From Chiloscyllium plagiosum (taxonomy: Eukaryota), in assembly GCF_004010195.1 (NCBI RefSeq), contig NC_057752.1, forward strand, positions 4,071,393 through 4,091,392: DNA of 20,000 nucleotides, read 5' to 3'. A program made the position numbers and the translations under genes. The notes under the pieces were generated by a model. That model was not told the DNA's origin. It made no database searches and worked only from the letters and a program-made list of their open reading frames with translations. Shown here one piece after another: positions 11,850-20,000 of this stretch. The first letter of the stretch is position 1. Each line of letters begins with the position of its first letter.

Positions 11850-11899
11850 GGAGGCAATGCCCTGGTGGTATTATCGCTAGACAATTAATCCAGGAACTC
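11850..11899 (+). mobile_element. 5' head of a tRNA-derived SINE, split by the Penelope insertion
   Basis: GAGGCAATGCCCTGGTGGTATTATCGCTAGACAATTAATCCAGGAACTC has an A-box-like motif. The element resumes at 13956 with the duplicated CAATTAATCCAGAAACTC. Confidence 0.75.
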
Positions 11900-12445
11900 C
11901 CCACATATGTTTGGGACACCACCCACGCCCTCCACCTCCTCCAAGACTTCCGTTTCCCCCGGCCCCCAATGCCTCATCTTCACCATGGACATTCAGTCCC
12001 TCTACACCTCCATTCACCATGACCAGGGCCTCTAAGCCTTCCATTTCTTCCTCTCCTGACATGCTCACCAGTACTCTTCCACTGACATTCTCATTCGTTT
12101 GGCTGAGCTGGTCCTCACCCTCAACAATTTCTCCTTCGAATCCTCCCACTTCCTCCAGACAAAAGGGGTAGCCATGGGCACCCGCATGGGCCCCAGCTAT
12201 GCCTGTCTCTTTGTCAGCTATGTAGAACAGTCCATCTTCCGTAGTTACACCGGCACCACTCCCCACCTTTTCCTCCGCTCCATTGACGACTGCAATGGCA
12301 CCACCTCGTGCTCCCGCGAGGAGGTTGAGCAGTTCATCAATTTCGCCAACACATTCTACCCTGACCTTAAATTCACATGGACCATCTCTGACACCTCCCT
12401 CCCCTTCCTGGACCTCTCCATCTCCATCAATGACGACCGACTTGA

Positions 12446-12927
12446 NNNNNNNNNNNNNNNNNNNNNNNNNNNNNNNNNNNNNNNNNNNNNNNNNNNNNNN
12501 NNNNNNNNNNNNNNNNNNNNNNNNNNNNNNNNNNNNNNNNNNNNNNNNNNNNNNNNNNNNNNNNNNNNNNNNNNNNNNNNNNNNNNNNNNNNNNNNNNNN
12601 NNNNNNNNNNNNNNNNNNNNNNNNNNNNNNNNNNNNNNNNNNNNNNNNNNNNNNNNNNNNNNNNNNNNNNNNNNNNNNNNNNNNNNNNNNNNNNNNNNNN
12701 NNNNNNNNNNNNNNNNNNNNNNNNNNNNNNNNNNNNNNNNNNNNNNNNNNNNNNNNNNNNNNNNNNNNNNNNNNNNNNNNNNNNNNNNNNNNNNNNNNNN
12801 NNNNNNNNNNNNNNNNNNNNNNNNNNNNNNNNNNNNNNNNNNNNNNNNNNNNNNNNNNNNNNNNNNNNNNNNNNNNNNNNNNNNNNNNNNNNNNNNNNNN
12901 NNNNNNNNNNNNNNNNNNNNNNNNNNN
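12446..12927. other. Assembly gap (482 N)
   Basis: Continuous run of N. ORFs crossing it in the ORF track are artefacts. Confidence 1.
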
Positions 12928-13854
12928 GGACCAGTTCCACCACAGAACACACCAGATGGCCTCCATCTTGAAAGACTGTAATTTCCTCTCCTACGTGGTT
13001 GATGATGCCCTCCAACACATCTCATCCACGTCCCGCACCTCCACCCTCAAACCCCACCCCTCCAACTGCAACAAGGACAGAACCTCCCGGTCCTCACCTT
13101 CCATCCCACCAACCTCCGTATAAACTGCATCATCTGCCGACATTTCTGCCACCTACAAACGGATCCCACCACCAGGGATATATTTTCCTTCCCACCCCTT
13201 TCCACTTTCTGCAAAGACCATTCCCTCCATAACTACCTGGTCAGGTTCATGCCTCCCAACAACCCACCCTCCCTTCCTAGCACCTTCCCCTGCCACCACA
13301 GGAAATGCAAAACCTGCGCCCACACCTCCCCCCTCACCTCCATCCAAGGCCCCAAAGGAGCCTTCCACATGGATCAAAGTTTCACCAGCATTTCTATAAA
13401 TGTCATTTATTGCATCCATTGCTCCCGATGCGGTCTCCTTTACATTGGGGAGACTGGATGCCTTCTCGCAGAGCGCTTCAGGGAACATCTCCAGGACACC
13501 TGCATCAATCAACCCCACCGCCCCATGGCCAAACATTTCAACTCCCACTCCCACTCCCACTCTACCAAGGACATGCAGATCCTGGGCCTCCTCCACCGCC
13601 ACTCCCTCACCACCCAACGCCTGGAGGAAGAACGCTTCATCTTCCACCTTGGAACCCTTCAACCCCAGGGTGGACTTCACCAGTTTCCCCAGTTCCAAAC
13701 TTCCAGCTCAGCACCATCCTCATGACCTGTCCCACCTGTCAATCTTCCTTCTCACCCATTCGGTCCACCCTCCTCTCCGACGTATCACCTTTACCCCTTC
13801 CTCCATCCACCAATGCACTCTCAACTACCTTCTCCCCACCCAAGGCTTCCAGCC

Positions 13855-13895
13855 TCATTCCTGATGAAGGGCTTATGCCCGAAACTTTGATTTTC
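13855..13895 (+). ncRNA. Minimal hammerhead-ribozyme-like motif in the Penelope terminal region (probably degenerate)
   Basis: CTGATGA (13861-13867), A, stem II GGGC-TTAT-GCCC (13869-13880), GAAAC (13881-13885). The next bases are TTTGA, so the GUH cleavage triplet is not intact. Confidence 0.7.
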
Positions 13896-13955
13896 CTGCT
13901 CCTCGGATGCTGCCTGACCTGCTGTGCTTTTCCAGCACCACTCTAATCTTGACTT

Positions 13956-14268
13956 CAATTAATCCAGAAACTCAGCTAATATCCCAGGGTTTACATCCCG
14001 TCATGGCAGATGGTGGAGTTTGAATTCAATAAAGAATCTGGAATTTAAGTCTAACGATGACCATGAAACCATTGTCGATTGTCAAAAAAACTCATCTCGT
14101 TCACGAATGTCCTTTAGGGAAGGAAATCTGTTCTCCTTACCTAGTAAGACTACATGTGACTCCAGACCCATAGCAATGTGATTGACTCTTAACTGCCCTA
14201 TGGGCAATTAGGGATAGGCAATTAGGGATGGCCAGTGACACCCTCATACTGTGAATAAATAAAAAAAG
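13956..14268 (+). mobile_element. Remainder of the tRNA-derived SINE split by Penelope
   Basis: Degenerate B-box GGGTTTACATCCC, body ATGGCAGATGGTGG...TCCTTTAGGGAAGGAAATCTG...TACATGTGACTCCAGACC, and A-rich end GAATAAATAAAAAAA. Confidence 0.82.
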
Positions 14269-14390
14269 TACAGTTACTATGGTAGGTATCAGTAAGAATG
14301 ATATCCTTACCAAGCATGCGTCAAGAAGTAAATTATGATGAGATACTGACAATAATCATCCTTAAGAAATATTAAATAACTTAGTTGTGA

Positions 14391-14487
14391 AAATAGAAAA
14401 TGCTAGAAGATGTTCAGCAGGTTTAGAAGCTTTTGTGAAAAGAGAAAGAGAGCTAACACTTCAAAGCTGTGACCTTTCATTCGAATT
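14391..14487 (-). mobile_element. Short, old Penelope-type terminal fragment
   Basis: Minus strand TTCGAATGAAAGGTCACAGCTTTGAAGTGTTAGCTCTCTTTCTC...CCTGCTGAACATCTTCTAGCATTTTCTATTT has the decayed hammerhead core plus the CCTGCTG..CCAGCA block seen at 13905-13940. Confidence 0.55.
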
Positions 14488-14498
14488 GTCCTCATGAA

Positions 14499-14991
14499 CT
14501 GGTCATTATCTCAATGTTGTTTGTAGGCAACTGCTGTGTGCAAGTTGACAGTCATGCTTCCTACTGCACTTCATTGGCTGTAAAGTGCTTGGGGCATCCT
14601 TAGGAGAGAAAGTGAGGTCTGCAGATGCTGGAGATCAGAGCTGAAAATGTGTTGCTAGAAAAGCGCAGCAGGTCAGGCAGCATCCAGGGAACAGGAGAAT
14701 CGACAGTTCGGGCATAAGCCCTTCTTCAGGAATGAGGAAAGTTTGTCCAGCAGGCTAAGATAAAAGGTAGGGAGGAGGGACTTGGGGGAGGGGCGTCGGA
14801 AATGTGATAGGTGGAAAGAGGTCAAGGTGAGGGTGATAGGTCAGACTGGGGTGGGGGCGGAGAGGTCAGGAAGAAGATTGCAGGTTAGGAAGGCGGTGCT
14901 GAATTCGATGGATTTGACTGAGACAAGGTGGGGGGAGGGGAAATGAGGAAACTGGTGATGTAAGGTGCTATATAAATGCAACTCTTTCTTT
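14499..14991 (+). mobile_element. Deu-domain SINE 3' tail split by a Penelope fragment (14499-14603 and about 14959-14991)
   Basis: GGTCATTATC...TTTGTAGG..CTGCTGTGTGCAAGTTG...CACTTCATTGGCTGTAAAGTGCTTGGGGCATCCT, then after the insert AAGGTGCTATATAAATGCAACTCTTTCTTT. Matches the tail at 5230-5376. Confidence 0.7.
14604..14958 (-). mobile_element. Penelope-like element 3' terminal fragment with hammerhead-like motif
   Basis: Antisense closely matches 13680-13950 (CCTCATTCCTGAAGAAGGGCTTATGCCCGAACTGTCGATTCTCCTG...GGATGCTGCCTGACCTGCTG). It continues to GATCTCCAGCATCTGCAGACCTCACTTTCTC. Confidence 0.88.
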
Positions 14992-15390
14992 CAATCAGAA
15001 TGGATGAAGAATGGACTCTATCTGGAGCTCTGAAGCATTGAGCCACTGTTTAATCATTGTTTTGAAATCTGCATGATCTAACTGCACCACCTCACCATCT
15101 CCTTCCCTCTCTGTAGTCTGCAGATTACTTCAAAGAAGTACAAGTGTGCTAAATTGGAAAATAATCTAGAATTTTTTTATTTCCACTTGATCGTGTGCAG
15201 AAACAGTAATAGTCGAAGTCTACAAAACTTATCACTATCCAGACAGGAGTGTCTATTACATGCCTGATCCAATATGTGGGATATTGTTAAATCTGTCAGG
15301 CCAATTGCTAAATTCCCACTAAATTCTTCGCGAAAGAATGTGGTCTCCAGTTTATGCTTCACTCTTACCAATGCATTTTTCTGAGACAGC

Positions 15391-15975
15391 TACTCAAACA
15401 AGTATGCAGTTTTGGAAAATGTCGGGAGTGATGGACTCTCAGGGAAATGGAGCACTGACAGCCAGGTTTCTGGTACTGAGACTGCCTCTATTGTAATGAG
15501 GGGTACACCAAGTTCCAAGCGATTGATTGTGTTAGGGGACTTTCTAGTCAGAAGCACAGGCAGACATTTCTGCTGCCAACAGAGAGAAATCAGAATGGTG
15601 TGTTGCCTCCCAGGTGCCAGGCTCAAGGAGATGGTGCAGAATATTCCCAGAGGAGAGAGTGACCAGCAGGACGTAAGAGGAGAAAAAGTTGAGATTCTCA
15701 GGAGAGAATATAGGAAATTAGGAGATTAAAAAGTAGGTTCTCGAGGATAATAATATCTGGATTACTCCTGGTGCCACGTGCTAGTGAGAGTAGGAATAGG
15801 AGGATAGAGCAGATGAATGTGTGGCTGAGGGGCGAAGGATACACATTTTTGGATCATTGGAATCTTTTCTGGGGTAGAAGTGACATGTGTAAGAGGATGG
15901 GTTGCATCTGAATTGGAAGTGGACTAATACACTGGCAGGGAGATTAGCTAGAGATACTTGGGAGGGTTTAAAGTA
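15391..15975 (+). pseudogene. CR1 ORF1 remnant (SGNH/GDSL esterase-like domain)
   Basis: SNKYAVLENVGSDGLSG...LIVLGDFLVRSTGRHFCCQQREIRMVCCLPGARLKE; disrupted downstream. Confidence 0.8.
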
Positions 15976-16587
15976 GAAATGGGGTGGGGCGGGGGGGGGC
16001 TGCAAAATGTTAGTGAGAAAGAACATCAGTCTGAGGCTGGTGCAGTTGAGGAAAAGAGAAAGTCAAACAGTCAGGGCTGGCAAGGACAAAGCAGAGAATG
16101 AGGCAGGACTAATAAATTAAACTGCATTTATTTCAATGCAAGAGGCCTAACAGGGAAGGCAGATAAACTCAGAGCATGATTGGGAACATGGGGGCTGGGA
16201 TATTATAGCTATTACAGAAACATGGCTCAGGGATAGGCTGGACTGGCAACTTACTGTTCCAGGGTATAGATATAAAAGGAAGGATAGAAAAGGGGGTAAG
16301 AAAGGAGGGGGAGTGACGTTTTTGGTCAGGGATAATACTACAGCTGTACTTAAGGAGGATATTCCCGGGAATACATCCAGGGAAGTTATCTGTGTGAATT
16401 GAGAAATAGGAAAAGGAAGGTCACCTTAATGGGACTGAACTATACACATGCCAATAGTCAACAGGAAATTGAGAAGCAAATTTGGTAGGAGATCACAGTT
16501 ATCTGTAAGAATAATAGTGTTGTAATGGTAGGGGATTTGAACTTTCCAAACATAGACAGGGACTGCCATAGTGTTAAGGGTTTAGAT

Positions 16588-16871
16588 TAGATTCCCTACA
16601 GTGTGGAAACAGGCCCTTCAGCCCAACCAGTCCACACCACCCAGACCTATTTCCCTCTGACTAATGCACCTAACATTATGGGCAATTTACCATGGCCAAT
16701 CCACCCTAACCTGCACATCTTTGGACTGTGGGAGGAAACCGGAGCACCCGGAGAAAACCCACACAGACACAGGGAGAATGTGCAAACTCCACACAGACAG
16801 TTGCCCGAGGCTGGAACCTAACCTGGGACCCTGGTGCTGTGAGGCAGCAGTGCGAACCATTGAGCCACGGT
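16588..16871 (-). mobile_element. HE1-type V-SINE (older copy) inserted in CR1 ORF2, with 8-bp duplication
   Basis: Antisense: tRNA head GTGGCTCAATGGTTCGCACTGCTGCCTCACAGC, V-domain GGTTTTCTCCGGGTGCTCCGGTTTCCTCCCACAGTCCAAAGATGTGCAGGTTAGG, and tail GGGCCTGTTTCCACACTGTAGGGAATCTAATCT. GTTTAGAT at 16580-16587 and 16872-16879. Removing it restores VKGLDGEEFVK. Confidence 0.93.
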
Positions 16872-17644
16872 GTTTAGATGGAGAAGAATTTGTTAAGAAT
16901 GTATTAGAAAATTTTCTGATTCAGTATGTGGATGTACCTACTAGAGAAGGTACAAAACTTGACCTTCTCTTGGGAAATAAGGCAGGGCAAGTAACTGAGG
17001 TGTCAGTGGAGGGCATGTTGGGGCCAGTGACCATAATTCTATTAATTTTAAAATAGTGATGGAAAAGAATAGACCTGATCTAAAAGTTAAAGTTCTAAAT
17101 TAGAGGATGGCCAATTTTGATGGTATTAGGCAAGAACTTTCAAAGGTTGGGTGGGGAGGGGGGCGGTATTCAAAGGTAAAAGGGCGGCTGGAAAGTGGGA
17201 AGTCTTCAAAAATGAGATAATGAGAGTCCAGAGGCAGTATTTTCTTGTTCGTATGAAGGGCAAGGCTGGTAGGTATAGGAAATACTGGATGACTAGAGAA
17301 ATTGAGGCTCTGCTCAAGAAATAGAAGGAAGATATAGGGGCGGAGATTGAGTAAATCCTTAGAAAAGTATAGAGGCAATCGGAATATACTTTAAGAGGGA
17401 AATCAGGAAGGTAAAAAGGGGACATGAGATAGCTTTGGCAAATAGGTTAAGGAGAATCCAAAGGGATTCAACAAATACATTAAGGACATAAAAGTAACTA
17501 GGGAGAGAATAGGTGCCTTAAGATCAGCAAGGCCACCTATATTTGGAACCGCAGGAGATGGGCGACATCCGAAACGAGTATTTCATATCAGGAAATATCT
17601 CCTACTGAGGAGAAAGAAATGGAAGCTACAGAACTTGGGGAAAT

Positions 17645-17974
17645 TAGATTAGATTACTTACAGATTAGATTACTTACAGTGTGGAAACAGGCCCTTCGGC
17701 CCAACAAGTCCACACCGACCCGCCGAAGCGCAACCCACCCATACCCCTACATTTACCCCTTATTACCTAACACTAAGGGCAATTTAGCATAGCCAATTCA
17801 CCTAACCTGCACATCTTTGGACTGTGGGAGGAAACCGGAGCACCCGGAGGAAACCCACGCAGACACGGGGAGAACGTGCAAACTCCACACAGTCAGTCGC
17901 CTGAGTCGGGAATTGAACCCGGGTCTCTGGCGCTGTGAGGCAGCAGTGCTAACCACTGTGCCACCGTGCCGCCC
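17645..17974 (-). mobile_element. HE1-type V-SINE, young full-length copy inserted in CR1 ORF2
   Basis: Antisense: GGGCGGCACGGTGGCACAGTGGTTAGCACTGCTGCCTCACAGCGCCAGAGACCCGGGTTCAATTCCCG (intact A and B boxes), V-domain, many retained CpGs, and tail CTGTAAGTAATCTAATCT. Confidence 0.96.
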
Positions 17975-19707
17975 AGTAAATAAATAGTGATATCTTGAAA
18001 AGCGTTCATATTACAGAGGAGGAAGTGCTGGACATCTTAAAATGCATAAAGGTGGATAAATCCCTGGGTGTACCCCAGAACTTTGTGAGAAGCTAGGGAA
18101 GTGATTGCTATGCCCCTCACTGAGATATCTGTATCACTGAGAGCCACAGGTGAGGTGCCAGATGGCTGGAGGTTGGCTAATGTGGTGCCATTCTTTAAAA
18201 AAGGTGATAAGGAAAAGTCTGAGAACTATAGACCAGTGAGCCTGATGTCTGTGGTGGAAATCGTGTCTCACTAACTTGAGTTTTTTGAAGAAGTGATGAA
18301 GAAGATTTATGAAGGCAGAGTAGTGTACGTTGACTCTATAGACTTCAGTAAGACATTCAACAAGGTTCTGCATGGTAATCTGGTTAGCAAGGTTAGATCA
18401 CATAGAATATAGGGAGAGCTAGCGATTTTGTTACAAAATTGATTCATTGGTAAGAGAAAAAAGGTGGTGGTGAAGTGTTGCTTTTTGAACTAGAGACCTG
18501 TGACCAGCGGTGTGCCGCGAGGATCAGTACCGAGTTCACTCTGTTTTTGTCATTTACATAAATTATTTGGATGTGAATATAGGAGGTATGGTTAGTAAGC
18601 TTGCAGATTACATCACCTATTGCACTCTGAGATAACCTTCTTTGCTGTCCACTACACCAAAATGGGACCTTGATCAGATGGGCCAATGGGCTGAGGAGTG
18701 GCAGATGGAGTTTAATTTAGATAAATGTGAGGTGCTACATTTTGGTAAGGAAAATCAGGGCAGGACTTATACACTTAATGATAAGGTCCTGGGGAGTGGT
18801 GCCAGAAAAAGGGACCTTGGAGTGCAGGTTCATAGTTCCCTGAAGGTGGAGTCACAGCTAGACAGGCTGGTGAAGAAGGCGTTTGGTATGCTTGCCTTTA
18901 TTGGACAGTGCATTGAGTGTAGGAGTTGGGAGGTCATGTTGCAGCTGTATAGAATGTTGGTTAGGCCGTTTTTGGAATACTGCGTTCAATTCTGGTCTTG
19001 CTGCTATAGGAAGGGAGTTATTAAACTTGAAAGGGTTCAGAAAAGATTTACAAGGATGTTGCCAGGGTTGGAGGGTTTGAGCTGTGGTGAGAGACTGAAT
19101 AGGCTGGAGCTATTTTCCCTGGAATGTCAGAGGCTGAGGGGTGACTTTATAGATGTTTATAAAATCATGAGGGGCAGCGATAGGGTGAAAAGCCAAGGTC
19201 TTTTTCCTAGGGTAGGGAAGTTGAAAACTTGAGGGCATAGGTTTAATGTGTGAGGGGAAAGATTTAAAAGGGACCTAAGGTGCAACGTTTTCATACAGGG
19301 TGATGTGTCTATGGAATGAGCTGCCAGAGGGGAGTGGGGGGGGGCGGGGAGGCTGGTAAAATTTACAACATTTGAAAGGCATCCAGATAGACATATGAAT
19401 TGGAAGGGTTTAGAGGGATATGAGCCAAATGCTGGCAAATAGAACTGGATTAATTGAGGATATCTGGTCAGCATGGATAAATTGGACCATCGGGTCTGTT
19501 TCCATGTTGCACATCTCTATGCCTAGTGACTCCACAGAACCAGAAATGTATGTTACTGTATCCTTTGTGCTGGAAAATAAGATGAATATGTATTTTTTAA
19601 CTTATCTTGCAATTGTAAGAATTGAGGTGAAATATTTTATGATGGCCTTTGTTCTGTTTCTGCTGCTTGAATCCAAAATCTAAACTTATCTCTCCAGAAC
19701 CATGAAG

Positions 19708-19730
19708 GGTCACCTGATGAAGGGGCAAGT
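19708..19730 (+). mobile_element. Possible Penelope-type terminal/hammerhead fragment truncated by the adjacent CR1 insertion
   Basis: CACCTGATGAAGGGGCA (CTGATGA core plus the start of a stem II), immediately followed by a CR1 tail at 19731. Very short. Confidence 0.35.
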
Positions 19731-20000
19731 CATAGAGTCATAGAGATGTACAGGACAGAAGCAGACTCTTCGGTCCAACCTGTCCATGTCGACCAGATAT
19801 CCCAAACTAATCTAGTCCCACCTGCCAGCACCCGGCCCAGATCCCTCCAAACCCTTCCTATTCATATACCCATCCAGATGCCTCTTAAATGTTGCAACTG
19901 TACCAGCCTCCACCACATCCTCTGGCAGCTCATTCCATACACGTACCACCCTCTGCGTGAAAACGTTGCCCCTTAGGTCTCTTTTATATCTTTCCCGTCT
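19731..20000 (-). mobile_element. CR1 LINE 3' end (comparatively young), running off the window
   Basis: Antisense: RDLRGNVFTQRVVRVWNELPEDVVEAGTVATFKRHLDGYMNRKGLEG, 3' UTR, and terminal repeat CTCTATGACTCTATG. Confidence 0.95.

Larger units (their letters stand above)
11900..13955 (+). mobile_element. Penelope-like retroelement (RT + GIY-YIG endonuclease), 5'-truncated and decayed, spanning an assembly gap
   Basis: RT motifs IFTMDIQSLYTSI, FLQTKGVAMGTRMGPSYACLF, RSIDD (degenerate RYIDD) and LPFLDL. C-terminal CHHRKCKTC...NVIYCIHCSRCGLLYIGETG...RFREH...AKHF is a GIY-YIG domain of Penelope type. C-rich composition and a terminal region with a hammerhead-like motif. Stops and frameshifts present. 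Confidence 0.93.
16110..19420 (+). pseudogene. CR1 ORF2 remnant (APE endonuclease + reverse transcriptase)
   Basis: Motifs listed for the parent element. The longest open piece is 18642-19232. Disrupted by stops, two SINE insertions, deletions and an inversion. Confidence 0.9.
15391..19525 (+). mobile_element. Long decayed CR1 LINE (partial ORF1 + ORF2 + 3' UTR) with two nested HE1 SINEs
   Basis: ORF1 esterase/SGNH-like motifs (IVLGDFLVR...MVCCLPGAR; VIISGLL-like; HLNWKWTNTLAG). APE endonuclease motifs (NCIYFNARGL, IAITETWL, VMVGDLNFP, LDLLLGN). RT motifs (NYRPVSL, SCLTN, DFSKTFNKV, SGVPRGS, degenerate FADD, WQMEFNLDKCEVLHFG, LERVQKRFTRMLPG). Tail TCCATGTTGCACATCTCTATG. Many stops, frameshifts and deletions. 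Confidence 0.95.

Noticed and set aside
11877..13025. Long ORFs of 179-382 aa in the ORF track
   Set aside because: They are long only because they read through the 482-N gap. The real coding signal is the decayed Penelope RT on +.
13545..13562. (CCCACT)3 giving HSHSHS in the GIY-YIG frame
   Set aside because: Simple slippage in a dead element, not evidence of a new metal-binding motif.
13153..13946. Overlapping ORFs of 154-213 aa on both strands
   Set aside because: Shadow frames of the C-rich Penelope 3' region. Only 13249-13725 carries the GIY-YIG motifs.
14203..14229. GGCAATTAGGGAT repeated twice, containing the telomere-like TTAGGG
   Set aside because: A local duplication inside the SINE tail with only two non-adjacent TTAGGG units. 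Not an interstitial telomeric array.
15177..15260. RHSCLDSDK..LLLFLH resembling a hAT dimerisation domain end
   Set aside because: The diagnostic SERxFS motif is absent and no TIRs were found. Similarity is too weak.
17900..17974. tRNA gene-like A/B box sequence
   Set aside because: It is the tRNA-derived head of the HE1 SINE and runs directly into the V-domain. The same applies to the heads near 4991, 9655, 11850 and 16871.
18642..19232. 196-aa ORF as a host or domesticated gene
   Set aside because: It is the CR1 ORF2 C-terminal fragment. Its start lies inside the micro-inversion and the surrounding ORF2 is full of stops and frameshifts.

Overview
Eukaryotic, transposon-dense non-coding DNA. 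The repeat families (HE1/V-SINE, Deu-domain SacSINE1-like SINEs, CR1, L2, Penelope-like elements) point to a cartilaginous fish, most likely a shark; this is inferred from repeat content. No host gene exon could be identified, and the longer ORFs that resemble known proteins are decayed retroelement fragments. Main contents: (1) a ~4.1-kb decayed CR1 LINE on + (esterase-type ORF1, APE endonuclease/RT ORF2) with two nested antisense HE1 SINEs and a ~45-bp micro-inversion next to the RT FADD motif; (2) a 5'-truncated Penelope-like element (RT + GIY-YIG) inserted into a tRNA-derived SINE with an 18-bp duplication, spanning a 482-N gap and ending in a hammerhead-ribozyme-like motif; (3) three further Penelope terminal fragments with hammerhead-like remnants; (4) several CR1 3' fragments, two L2 remnants and five Deu-domain SINE copies or fragments; (5) a tentative decayed Harbinger-type Myb/SANT remnant in the first 3 kb. 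I found no convincing new biological system. The interest lies in nested insertion chronology, ribozyme motifs and local rearrangements. Family names come from my recognition of the sequences, not from a database search.
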